64,000 bases of DNA, taken from an uncultured Planctomycetota bacterium. GTDB lineage: Bacteria > Planctomycetota > Planctomycetia > Gemmatales > Gemmataceae. The position numbers were made by a program, and so were the translations under genes. Position 1 is the first letter of the stretch. Every line of letters begins with the position of its first letter. Location of the stretch: positions 1,120,001 through 1,184,000 of the forward strand of contig CAWKHF010000012.1 in NCBI GenBank assembly GCA_963849325.1, in the 5' to 3' direction. Below, one piece after another: positions 44,538 to 56,901 of this stretch. Below the pieces are notes generated by a model. That model saw nothing but the letters and a program-made list of their open reading frames with translations. It did no database searches and was not told the origin of the DNA.

Positions 44538-45179
44538 ATGGACGTACTCAACTCCGTGCTCTTCTACATCCTCGCCGCCGCTGACCGGCGTCTGCGCCCT
44601 CGCCGTGGTGGTGACGCAGAACATCGTGCGGGCGGCGGCCTGGCTGCTGTTCGCCCTGGCCGGCATCTCCGGCATCTTCTTCCTGCTCGGCGCCGACTTC
44701 GTCGGCGCCACGCAGCTGCTCGTCTACGTCGGCGGCACGCTCGTGCTGGTCGTCTTCGGCGTCATGCTCACCGCCCAGGGGCCGTTCATCAACATGCGCA
44801 TCGGCGCCGCCGAGTGGGCCATCGCCCTGGCGGTCGGCCTGCTGCTCTACGGCGTCCTGGCCGTCAGCCTCGTCATCAGCAAGCCGCCGACCGCCGCCGA
44901 GTCAGCCGACGCCGGTCGGCGATCTGCCCGACAGCACCGTCCTCGGCGCATGGCGCTGCTCGGCGACAAGACCGCCTCGCCGGCAGGCCAACATCACCGG
45001 CGTGCCCGGCGTCACGTCACGCCGCGACCGCACGCCGATGTCGTACCTGCTGCCGTTTGAAATCGTCTCCGTCCATCTGCTGGTCGTGCTGATCGGCGCC
45101 GCCTACCTGGCCCGCGCCAAGCGTCGCCGTCAGTCGTACCGACCCCGGCCGCGAGCAACAACTGGGAGTGTCCGCATGA
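44538..45179 (+). CDS. nuoJ: NADH-quinone oxidoreductase subunit J (frameshifts)
   Basis: [19 protein letters not shown] and [19 protein letters not shown] motifs. Confidence 0.9.
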
Positions 45180-45492
45180 CCGTCGACGTCGGCCTGAACC
45201 ACTACCTGCTGCTCGGCGCCTTGCTGTTCGTCTGCGGCACCGTCTGCATGGCCACCAAGCGCAACGCCATCGGCATCCTCATGGGCGTCGAGCTGGTGCT
45301 CAACGGCGCCACCGTCAACTTCGTCGCCTTCGCCCACTACAACCCGGCGTTCGAGGTCGAGGGCAGGTCTTCGCCCTGTTCGTCATCGTGCTGGCGGCGG
45401 CCGAGGCCGCCGTCGCCCTGGCCATCGTCCTCAACTTCTACAACAACCACATGACCGTGGACGTCGATACGGCCGAGGAACTGAAAGGCTAA
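45176..45492 (+). CDS. nuoK: NADH-quinone oxidoreductase subunit K (frameshift)
   Basis: [16 protein letters not shown] and [12 protein letters not shown] motifs. Confidence 0.92.
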
Positions 45493-45494
45493 CC

Positions 45495-48155
45495 ATGAAT
45501 CGCCTCTTCCGAGCTGTTCGGCGAGCATCCCGGCTTGTACTTCGTCGCCGCCACGCTGCTGCCGCTGGTCTCGTTCGTGCTGATCCTGCTGGCCTCGGCG
45601 ATGTGGTGCGCCGCGCGCCCCTTCCGCGACACGCCCGCCGGCGCCGCCCTCTTCAACCTCTTCGGCGGCGAGCAGCGCGGCCGGACGGCCGCCTACGTCG
45701 CCACCGCCGCCATCGCCCTCGCCTTCGTCCTCAGCCTGACCGGCTTCATCCTCTTCACCGCCCAGCAGAGCGAGTTCGAAACGCGCATCCGCGACTACGA
45801 AAAGACAAATCCGCGATCTACAAGCCGAAGGCGAAGACGCGACCGACGCGGACGAGAAGGAGGAGCTCGCACAAGCGCGGAGAAGCTGGAGGAAGCAGCT
45901 CGACCGACGTCGAGCAGCGCTGGGAAGACGCCCGCGACTATGCCTGGCAGGGCCATGTCGATTGGCTGCGTCATCTGCACCCGGCTCGGCGTCAGCGATC
46001 CCGAGACGCGGCACCGTCCTGCAGCTCGGCTTCCACATCGACAGCCTCAGCGCCCTCATGTTCGTGATGGTGACGTTCATCGCCACGCTGATCCACCTGT
46101 TCTCGATGGGCTACATGGCCGACGAGCTGCAGCCGGAGGTCGAGGACCATCAGGTCCACACCGCGCACGGCCATCTGCACCGGCGCGGCCGCTTCGGCCG
46201 CTTCTTCATGTACCTGTCGCTGTTCTGCTTCTCGATGCTCAACCTGCTGCTGGCGGACAACTCTTCCAGGTGTTCGTGAGCTGGGAACTGGTCGGCGTCT
46301 GCTCGTATCTGCTGGTCGGCTTCTACTTCGAGCGGCAGAGCGCCTCCAACGCGGCCAACAAGGCGTTCATCACCAACCGCGTCGGCGACGCCGGCTTCAT
46401 CCTCGGCCTGCTCATCCTCTGGACCTACTCGGCACCTTCAATTTCGACGAGATTTTCAGGCAGGTCCGCTCGCCGCTGCGGGATGCGCACGGCGGTTTGC
46501 AGATGGCCGGCCGCTTCGTCCGCGGCGAGCTGGACCCCAAGAGCGAGTCGGAGGGACATCGCAGCCTGAAGTATGTGCCGGGCGGCTCGGAGGTCGTGCT
46601 GTTCCCGCGCGTCTTGCCCGAACACTATCACGGCATCGGCGAGGACCGCGACGACCGCGTGGATGTGTACGACTCCCCGGCGCCGACACAGCACGGCTTC
46701 GATGCCGTACTGGATGCTGGTCGCCGCCGGACTGGGCATCTTCCTCGGCTGCGTCGGCAAGTCGGCGCAGTTCCCGCTGCACGTCTGGCTGCCCGACGCG
46801 ATGGAAGGGCCGACGCCGGTCAGCGCCCTCATCCACGCCGCCACGATGGTCGCCGCCGGCGTCTACCTCGTCGGCCGCTGTTATCCCGCTGTTCACCGCC
46901 GAGGTGCTGCTGGTCATCGCCTACACCGGCGGCATCACGCTGTTCGTCGCCGCCACCATCGCCGTCGTCATGACCGACATCAAGAAGGTGCTGGCCTACT
47001 CGACGGTCAGCCAGCTCGGCTACATGATGCTGGCGCTGGGCGTCGGCGGCTGGGTGGCCGGCCTGTTCCACCTGGTCACGCACGCCTTCTTCAAGGCCCT
47101 GCTCTTCCTCGGCTCCGGCAGCGTCATCTACGGCTGCCATCACGAGCAGGACATGACGCAAGATGGGCGGCCTGTTCCCGAAGATGAAGATCACCGCCCT
47201 GACGATGCTGGCCGGCGTGCTGGCCATCGCCGGCATTCCGCTGTTCACCGGCTGGTACAGCAAGGACGCCATCCTGGCCCAGGCGCTCGGCTTCGTCTAC
47301 GTCCACCCGCAGCACCTGCTGCTGTTCCTGCTGCCGCTGGTGACGGCCGGCCTCACGACGTTCTACATGTTCCGCATGTGGTTCATGACCTTCACCGGCC
47401 CGCCGCGCGATGACCACGTCTACGAACACGCCCACGAATCGCCGTGGCTGATGACCGTGCCGCTGATCGTGCTGGCCGTGTGCAGCGTCTGCGTCGCCTG
47501 GGGCTGGCCGATCTACGACGCCGAGGCGAGCTGGCTGGAGGGCAACGTCCATCACGCCCAGCATCACGCCGTGCTGGCCGACTTCGGCAGTATCGACTTC
47601 GCCAGAGCGAGGAGCACGGCGAATACTGGGCCGTCGCCCGCAAGGCGGAGGAGAACGAACGCCTCTACGCCTACCACAACCACCACCTGGCCGGCAATCT
47701 CGCCCTGATCCTGGTGGTCATCGGCATCGTCTTCGCCGGCCTGATCTACTGGCAAGCGCGTCCTCGATCCGGCCGAGGCGAAGGAGCAGTTCCCGCGGCT
47801 GCACGCCTTCCTGATCGACAAGTGGCGCTTCGACGAGCTGTACAGCGTCATCGTCGTGCGGCCGGCGCTGGTGGTCGGCCACTGGTTCAAGGCGTTCGAC
47901 CTCCACGTCATCGACGGCATCATTCATTCCGTGGCCCGCCTGACGATGTGGGTGTCGAAGTGGGACGGCCTGTTCGACAACGCCGTCGTCGATGGCCTGG
48001 TCAACCTGGTGGGCAACGTCACCTACTGGGTCGGATCGCGCTTGCGGAACGTGCAGACGGGCTATTTGCGGAGTTACGTGTTGTTCTTGGTGCTGGCCGC
48101 GGTCGGCATCTTCCTCGTGCTGTCCTACCTCGTGCGGATGGCGATGGCAGGCTGA
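45495..48155 (+). CDS. nuoL: NADH-quinone oxidoreductase subunit L (frameshifts)
   Basis: [48 protein letters not shown] and [10 protein letters not shown] motifs. Confidence 0.93.
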
Positions 48156-48203
48156 TGCCGCCTGCGGCGCTGGCAGTTGTCTCTTCAGAGAGTAGCACTT
48201 GTC

Positions 48204-50100
<1,897 letters not shown>

Positions 50101-50114
50101 TTTCCGTACATTGG

Positions 50115-50174
50115 CGTTTAGCCGCGACGCGCAGCGGAGACGCAGCTGCGCTCGCTGCGCGTCGCGGCTAAACG
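50115..50174. repeat. REP-like palindrome between nuoM and nuoN
   Basis: CGTTTAGCCGCGACGCGCAGCG-N16-CGCTGCGCGTCGCGGCTAAACG. Confidence 0.85.
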
Positions 50175-50198
50175 AATGAACTGACCGCGAGACTCCTC

Positions 50199-51965
50199 AT
50201 GTTGCCGAACTATCGACGCCGGCCGAGCTCTGGCTGGACTGCCTGAACTTCCTGCCGGAACTGCTGGCCTGCGGCGGCATCGTCTGTTTCTGCTGCTGCG
50301 CCTGTTCGACCGTTCGCACATGGGCAGCATCGCCCTGTTGGTGACGGTCCTCGCCCTGGGCGTCAGCATCGCGCAGTGGAGCTATCTGGGGGCGACCCCA
50401 GACGGGTAGCAGCGGCTTCCGCGACTCTCTGCGGCCCGCCTTCGGCGGCCTGCTCGTCTACGACCACGTCACCATCTTCCTGCGCTGTTTCCTGTACGGC
50501 TTCACCGCCTTCATCATCTGGCTGTCGCTGACGACGGGCATCCCCGACCGCGAGGACTCCGCCGACTTCTATTGCCTGCTGCTGGGCGCGACGGTCGGCA
50601 TGGTCGTGATGGCCTCGGCCACGCACCTGCTGATGGTCTACATCGGCATCGAGATGGCCAGCTTGCCCAGCTACGCCCTGGCCGGCTACCTCAAGGGCCG
50701 GCGTCCAGTCCAGCGAGGCGGCCCTGAAATACGTCGTCTACGGCGGCGGCGCCGCCGGCGTCATGCTCTACGGCATCAGCCTGCTGGCCGGCCGCTTCGG
50801 CACCGGCTACCTGCCCGACCTCGCCGCCGGCCTGGTGTCCGCCCTCGCCCCGGCGAGCGGCGCGGCCTTCGATCCGGTCCTGATCCTCGGCGTCCTGTTC
50901 GTCCTGATCGGCGTGGCGTTCAAGCTGGCGGCGGTGCCGTTCCATTTCTGGTGCCCCGACGTGTTCGAGGGCGCCGCCGCCGAGGTGGCCGGCTATCTGT
51001 CGGTCGCCTCCAAGGGCGCCGCCCTGGCCCTGCTGGCTCGCCTGACCCTCATCCTGGCCGGCGTCGATCCGCTCGTGCAGCCGATCGTCGAACCCGCAAT
51101 GGGACGGTGATCGCTCCGCTACCTGGTCCCGGCCCTGGCCTTCTTCGCCGCCCTCACCGCGACGTTCGGCAACCTGGCCGCCTACTTGCAGAACAACCTC
51201 AAGCGTCTGCTGGCGTACTCGACCATCGCCCACGCCGGCTACATGATGATGGGCCTGGCCGCATCAAGCCGACCCTGGAAGCCGGCACTTCGAGCCGGCG
51301 GCTTGCAGGCCGTGCTCTTCTATCTCATCGCCTATCTGTTCATGAACCTGGGCGCCTTCGCCGTGGTCGCCTTCCTGCGCAACCAGACCGGCTCGGAGGA
51401 CCTGGACAGACTACCGCGGCCTGGTCCGCCGTTCGCCGTGGATGGTGGTCACGCTGTCGATCTTCCTGCTCAGTCTGCTCGGCCTTCCGCCGCTGGTGGG
51501 CTTCACGGCCAAGTTCCAGATCTTCGCCGCCTTGTGGGACGTCAGCCAGGCGCTGGTACGCCAAGGGCGAAGCCGGCCTGGGCGCCACGCTGTTCGGTCT
51601 GCTGATCGTCGGCGGCGTCAACTCGGTGGTGAGCGCGGTCTATTACCTCAAGGTGATGAAGGTCATGATCCTGGAGGGCCGGGCGGAGGACCTGGAGGGA
51701 CGGGAGCCGGTGCGATTGCTGGAGCCGCTTGTCGGCCGTCGCCTTCTCGGTCATCGTCGCCCTGCTGGTCTTCGTTCTCGGCATCTTGTGGGCGCCCGCT
51801 CGACCGCTATAGCCACGCAGGGCGCCGACCGCTTCGCCAGAGCGAGTCGTCGCCAGCGCGGGGCGGCGGCGAGGGGAGCGGGGGGCATCCGCCGAGGCCG
51901 GCGGACCACAGGCAAACGCGGAAAGGACCGGGAGGCAGGGAGGAGCGAAAGGACAAGGACCGTGA
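50199..51965 (+). CDS. nuoN: NADH-quinone oxidoreductase subunit N (frameshifts; ends approximate)
   Basis: EAALKY, FKLAAVPFHFWCPDVFEGA, KRLLAYSTIAHAGY and LGLPPLVGFTAK motifs. Confidence 0.92.
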
Positions 51966-52406
51966 TCGATTCGCACACGCAGACGCGTGCTGCAGGACAT
52001 CCTCCGCCGCGAGAGCCGCTCCGTCCTCCGTTACATGGCCGAGGCGTATCCCCTGGACCACCTCGACGGAGGAGAAGGCGCTGACGGCCTTGCAGCGGAT
52101 CATCGCCGACGGAACGCCAGGCGGTGGTCCGTCTGGGTCAGTTCCTCGTCCGCCAGCGCGTGCCGCTGCCGTTTTTGCCCTCCTATCCCGCCGCCTTCAC
52201 CACCGATCAACTTTCTGGCCCTGGACTACGTGCTGCCGCGCCTGATCGAGCACGAGCGCCAGTCGATCGCCGACCTAGAGGGCGACCTGGCCGCGCTCGA
52301 AGGATCCGGCGGCGCGAGCGGAGGTCGAGAAACTGCTGGCGGTGAAACGCCGTCATCTGTCCGCAGCTCGAAGCGCTGGTTCCTGCGCAGCCTCAAGCGA
52401 GCGTGA
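51962..52406 (+). CDS. Hypothetical helical protein (frameshifts)
   Basis: LQDILRRESRSVLRY...INFLALDYVLPRL. Overlaps the predicted nuoN stop. Confidence 0.6.
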
Positions 52407-52412
52407 CCTGAC

Positions 52413-53216
52413 GTGCCTGCACTCATCGACACGCACGCGCACCTGGACGACGAGCAGTTCGCCGCCGACCTGCCCGGCGTCCTGGACCGCGCTCGCGCCG
52501 CCGGCGTCGGCACCATCATCGCCATCGCCACGACCGCCCCGTCCAGCGCCGTCTGCGTCTCTCTGGCCGCGCGACACGCGGAGCTGTTCGCCACGGTCGG
52601 CATTCATCCCAACAACATCATGGAAGCCAGTCCGACCGCCTGGGATGAGGTTGTCGCCCTGGTCGAAGCACCAGCGCGTCGTCGGCATCGGCGAAACGGG
52701 ACTCGATCGTCACTGGGACAACACGCCTTTTCCGGTGCAGGAAGAGTATTTCGTCCGCCACCTGGAGCTGGCTCGCCGGCACGACCGGCCGGTGGTGATC
52801 CACTGTCGCGAGGCCGAGGCGGACATGCTGCGCGTCTTGCGCACGGAGTTCGATCGTCACGGCCCCATCCGGGGCGTGATGCACTCCTTCGTCGGCGATG
52901 CGGCGATGGCCGCAGTCGTGCCGTGCGATGGGTCTGTATCTGTCGTTCGCCGGAATGCTCACCTACAAGAACGCGGCAGGCGTTGCGGGCGACGGCGGCG
53001 AAACAGCCGCTCGATCGCCTGCTGGTGGAGACGGACAGTCCGTATCTGTCGCCGGTGCCGCTGCGCGGCAAGCGCAACGAGCCGGCCCACGTCGTCCATA
53101 CGGCGGCGTGTCTGGCGGGATTGCTGGGAATTGACGTGAGAAGTCTCGCCGAGGAGACGACTACTAACGCGCGAAAGTTGTTTGGGTTGTCGCTTGCTAC
53201 CGATGGGATTGTTTAG
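52413..53216 (+). CDS. tatD: TatD family DNase (frameshifts)
   Basis: IDTHAHL, GIHP, IGETGLD, IHCRE and LVETDSPYL motifs. Confidence 0.92.
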   Translation: MPALIDTHAHLDDEQFAADLPGVLDRARAAGVGTIIAIATTAPSSAVCVSLAARHAELFATVGIHPNNIMEASPTAWDEVVALVEAPARRRHRRNGTRSSLGQHAFSGAGRVFRPPPGAGSPARPAGGDPLSRGRGGHAARLAHGVRSSRPHPGRDALLRRRCGDGRSRAVRWVCICRSPECSPTRTRQALRATAAKQPLDRLLVETDSPYLSPVPLRGKRNEPAHVVHTAACLAGLLGIDVRSLAEETTTNARKLFGLSLATDGIV

Positions 53217-53395
53217 CGGCGGCGGCCCTCGAACCTGGCGGCCGTTACCTTCGTCACGAGGCGCAATTGCGTCAGGTTTTTGCAATCCTTCAGGCGGACC
53301 ACGCCCACATCGCTTATCGGCGTCACTCCGAGATCGACCGTGGCGAGATTCTTCCAATCCTTGAAAGACGACAGACTCGCATCGCTCATCTGCAT
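53213..53395 (-). pseudogene. Leucine-rich-repeat gene fragment directly after the last attC
   Basis: SDASLSSFKDWKNLATVDLGVTPISDVGVVRLKDCKNLTQLRL, about two LRR units. Confidence 0.6.
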
Positions 53396-53487
53396 CCAAC
53401 AACCAAGCTTAGCAGCCGGGCGGCCTGCTTGGGCGTAGTGTCGCGAGAAGCCGTGATGGCCACCCGGTCTGCTGCGCCTGGTTCGGC
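53394..53487 (-). mobile_element. Integron attC site (cassette 2)
   Basis: Minus strand: R'' GCCGAAC, 5 nt, shortened L'' GCAGC, stem AGACCGGGTGGCC...GGCCGCCCGGCT, L' GCTAAGC, 6 nt, R' GTTGGAT. Homologous to the attC at 54037. Confidence 0.8.
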
Positions 53488-53499
53488 TCATTCGCCGCC

Positions 53500-53529
53500 T
53501 TGCCCGAAGCATGTCGAGCATGGTATCCT
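53500..53529 (+). promoter_or_regulatory. Putative cassette-internal promoter
   Basis: TTGCCC-N18-TATCCT with TGn extension, about 45 nt upstream of the small ORF. Confidence 0.45.
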
Positions 53530-53572
53530 ACCCATGCCGCATAGGACATCCGTTTCCCTGGGGAGGCATGTC

Positions 53573-53734
53573 GTGCCTAAGAAAAAAGCGAAAGCCGCTG
53601 CGGAGGAAGATCGGCCCAAACGCCGTAAACTATCCGCCGCGGAGTCGTTACAGCGGATGAAGGAATTCGATAGGCGAAAGGAGTCGTTCATTGCCGCTCT
53701 CCGCAAAAGCAAGGATCGAGGTCTATCTTCCTGA
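53573..53734 (+). CDS. 53-aa basic protein, putative antitoxin/partner (cassette 2)
   Basis: GGGAGG RBS and GTG start, MPKKKAKAAAEEDRPKRRKLSAAESLQRMKEF. Overlaps the next gene. Confidence 0.65.
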   Translation: MPKKKAKAAAEEDRPKRRKLSAAESLQRMKEFDRRKESFIAALRKSKDRGLSS

Positions 53735-54023
53735 CCTTTTGTCCTTGGCTTCTCAAGAACTGCTGATCGCTTTCAATCAGGAATTCACTCATACCTTTGG
53801 CGGAGCCACGCTTTGGCGCGGACTGGACGGCAGCTATCTGGCCCAGAATGGCCAGACGGTTCGCGATCGGATCAACCTGCTCTACACCGATACCCCGTTC
53901 TCGCTTGAGGAAAACGCGGACGAAATCAGTGCCTATATGGTCAAGTTACGCCAAGCCGTCCTCGTCGCCCTCAAGGAAGAAGCGGTGCTGGTTGTCGCTT
54001 TGCCAGTCTATCATGCCGAGTGA
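53691..54023 (+). CDS. 110-aa hypothetical protein (cassette 2)
   Basis: RIEVYLPD...FTHTFGGATL..GLDGSY...RDRINLLYTD...EEAVLV. Loosely resembles DUF3574/PII-like folds (inference). Confidence 0.75.
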   Translation: MPLSAKARIEVYLPDLLSLASQELLIAFNQEFTHTFGGATLWRGLDGSYLAQNGQTVRDRINLLYTDTPFSLEENADEISAYMVKLRQAVLVALKEEAVLVVALPVYHAE

Positions 54024-54036
54024 GCGAAACAGGGTG

Positions 54037-54133
54037 GCCGAACGACACAGCTCAGCAGCCGGGGCCGCTGAGTGACCATTGAACCCCGAAAAGACGTAAT
54101 GCGGCCCCGGTCTGCAGCAGCGACTTGTTAGGT
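54037..54133 (-). mobile_element. Integron attC site (cassette 1)
   Basis: Minus strand: R'' ACCTAAC (contains the gene's TAA), 5 nt, L'' GCTGCTGC, stem AGACCGGGGCCGC...GCGGCCCCGGCT, L' GCTGAGC, 6 nt, R' GTTCGGC. Confidence 0.88.
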
Positions 54134-54583
54134 GCCCGCCTTCCACGGCTCAATTGTAGGAGGCTCGAAGGCAACAACATCAATGACCTCATTGGCCGTC
54201 AACACGCGGTAGAGTTTTGCCGGGCCGATTGTCTCGCGGAACCACCCATGATTCCCGTGGACGTAATCCAGATACTTCGACCGTGTGATGACCTGGATGA
54301 TGCTTTTGTCATCACGTTCCTCATAGTCGTCCCACGAGGTGAATGATTCGTCAACCACTTGCCAAGCGACCGTTCGCGGGAACCGCACGACCATCAAGCG
54401 ACTATCATCCCGCACCTCGACCGGACGGCTGCGGCGGAGTATTTCTTGAACTACCGGGTTTGGGTCAACGCGAGTGTCGTTTGGTTCCCCGACAAACATC
54501 TCAGCGAGGATGAGCTGAAGATCGTCCCGATAGACGATGGCGTGAACCCCCCACATTCTCGCTTCATCGAGTACGGTACGCAA
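54128..54583 (-). CDS. Hypothetical protein (cassette 1)
   Basis: 151-aa ORF starting about 12 nt after the crossover site, with its stop inside R''. Lower GC than the flanks. Confidence 0.8.
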   Translation of the reverse strand: MRTVLDEARMWGVHAIVYRDDLQLILAEMFVGEPNDTRVDPNPVVQEILRRSRPVEVRDDSRLMVVRFPRTVAWQVVDESFTSWDDYEERDDKSIIQVITRSKYLDYVHGNHGWFRETIGPAKLYRVLTANEVIDVVAFEPPTIEPWKAGT

Positions 54584-54588
54584 AGGGC

Positions 54589-54715
54589 ACCTGACAGTTG
54601 ATTAGATCGCGACACATGCGCGATCTAGCAAGGCTGCTGTGCGACCTAGCACGGCCCCACGCGATCTAGCAAGGAGGTGCGCGACCTAGCACGGCTGCTG
54701 CGCGACCTAGCACGG
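54589..54715 (-). mobile_element. attI-like site with five upstream direct repeats
   Basis: Minus strand: L ATCTAAT, 5 nt, R GTCAGGT (54607-54589). Five GCGAYCTAGCAMGG cores (plus strand) at 54620, 54641, 54661, 54681 and 54702. Confidence 0.6.
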
Positions 54716-54722
54716 GTTTCCC

Positions 54723-54752
54723 TATCTATCCGCAACGTTGCGCATCTGTCAA
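54723..54752 (-). promoter_or_regulatory. Putative Pc-like promoter facing the cassettes
   Basis: Perfect TTGACA (54752-54747) and weak -10 (ATAGAT/TAGATA). Palindrome CGCAACGTTGCG in the spacer. Confidence 0.4.
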
Positions 54753-54926
54753 GGAAAAAACGAATCCGCTTGGTACTTTCCTGGGACTTCCGGATGACCC
54801 TACGCACCTTCGGTTCGAGGCAAGAAGAAACACGCATAACGAGCGGCCGCTTGCGGCCTCCCGATTCTCCCTGTAGGATGCGTTCATTCTCCGACAAAGT
54901 ACGGCATAAAAAACTCGGGTCCTGAG

Positions 54927-56019
54927 ATGCGTGAACTCCTGGCGGAACTGACGACGGCGCTGGATCAAGGGCGGCCCTGCGTTTACTGCACCATCGTCGA
55001 GACACGCGGCTCGACGCCCCAGAAGGCGGGCGCGGCCATGCTCGTCTTCGCCGACGGAAGCCAGCGCGGCACGCTTGGCGGCGGCTGTGTCGAGGCGGAA
55101 GTCAAGCAGCGCCGCCCTCGGCGTCCTCGCCGCCGACTCGCGGCGGCCCGAAGTGCTGACCTTCTGCCTCGACGACAATTACGGCTGGGACGATGGGCTG
55201 ATTTGCGGCGGACGCATGACCGTCCTGGCCGACCCGCTCGGCTCCGCCGCCTGCCGCGACTACTATGCTTGCTTGCGGCGATTGATCGAAGACGGTCGAG
55301 GTTGTACGCAGGTGATCGCCCTCGCGCCGACGCTCGGCTTGTCGGCCGGCGATCGCTTCCTCTTCGACGCTTCCGGCCAGCTCGCCGCCCAGACGGCGGA
55401 GGGCGCCGTCCCCGTAGAGATTCTTCAATCGCTGCTCCCCTTGACCGAGCGCCCCAGCCCGTCGAGCCGGCACAGCATCGCTTACTTGCCGGTGTTGCCG
55501 CGCATCACTCTGCTGATCGTCGGCGGCGGCCACGTCGGCCAGGCCGTCGCTCGCCTGGCAAGCGAGGTCGATTTTGACGTCTGGGTACTCGACGATCGCA
55601 CCGCCTATGCCGACCGCCAGCGCTTCCCCACGGCGCAGCGACTGCTCATCGGCGACATCGGACCCACCTTGAGCGAACTGGCGCCGACGCTGACGCCCTC
55701 GACCTTTTGTCTGATCGTGACGCGCGGTCACAATCACGATGAGGAAGCGCTCTATCACCTGGCCGCGACACGCGCCGGCTATGTCGGCATGATCGGCAGC
55801 AAGCGCAAGATCAAGCTGATCTACGAAGACCTTCTCGCCAAGGGCGTGTCGAGGAAGACGTTGGCTCGCGTCCACGCGCCGCTGGGTTTCGCCATCGGCT
55901 CGCAAACGGTGCCGGAGATCGCCGTCAGCATCGTGGCCGAGCTGATCGCCTGCCGCAATCTCGGCACGACCGAACCGTCTCCGCGCGACCGTGTACATGT
56001 GGAGACGGCACGATCATGA
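54927..56019 (+). CDS. xdhC: XdhC/CoxI family molybdenum hydroxylase accessory protein (frameshift near 55110)
   Basis: TRGSTPQKAGA, GTLGGGCVE, GLICGG, GGGHVG, TRGHNHD, YVGMIGSKRK and PEIAVSIVAELI motifs. Confidence 0.9.
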
Positions 56020-56625
56020 GGTTCGCGGTCCTGCCCGCCGCCGGCAAGAGCACTCGGATGGGCCGGCCCAAGCTCTCCCTCCCCCTGGGAGACCGCACCA
56101 TCCTCGAACACGTCATCGCGGCCCTGAAACAAGCGGGAGTCGAACAAGTCCTTGTCGTGGTTGGGCCGCACGTCCCCGAATTGGCGGCGTTGGCCGAGAA
56201 GGCAGGGGCGCATGTTTGCCAACTCGCCGAGCAAACCGCTGACATGCGGATGACAGTGGAGCATGGCTTGAACTGGCTGGAGGAGCGGTTTTCGCCGCGT
56301 GCGGAGGATACCTGGCTGCTCGTGCCGGGCGATCATCCGGCTCTCGATCCCGTCGATTGTGCGACAACTGGAGGCTGCCCGAGCTCGCACTATCCCAACT
56401 GTTCGATCTTCCTCCCCACGCACGGCGGACGGCGCGGGCATCCGACGCTGTTGACGTGGAAGCACGTCGCTGCGATCCGCACCTGTCCGGCCGGAGTCGG
56501 TCTCAATACCTACGTCCGCCAATGCGTCGCCGAGACGTGGGAAGTACACGTGGATAGTCCGAGCCATACTTTGGGACATGGACACGCCGGAAGATTACGA
56601 GCGGCTGCGGCGCGGGCTGCCCTGA
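56016..56625 (+). CDS. Molybdenum cofactor cytidylyltransferase-like nucleotidyltransferase (MocA-like; frameshifts)
   Basis: PAAGKSTRMGRPKL, PGDHP, GRRGHP and DMDTPEDY motifs. Coupled to xdhC. Confidence 0.85.
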
Positions 56626-56901
56626 CTTTCCATCTCCACCAGGTTCCCTTCCACGCCTATCCTGTGGATCGATCCGACGGGCCGCACGGTCGCCAGTCTC
56701 CCGAGAGGGCCGAGCACCTATATCGCCCACCTTGCGCACTCGCGTCAACTGGTAGGCGATACCGAATCACTCCGCGTTGACGCCGAGGAAGGTCTTGCCG
56801 TAGTATCCGCCCGCTCCGAACGGCCGTGGGGAGGGTGCGGGCCATTCGCCGGACTTCCGCAACCCCCGACCGAGGATGACACCACCTCAAACAGGTAAGC
56901 C

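Noticed and set aside
54620-54715. CRISPR array
   Set aside because: The period is only 20-21 bp with 6-7 nt between cores, so there are no real spacers, and no cas genes are present.
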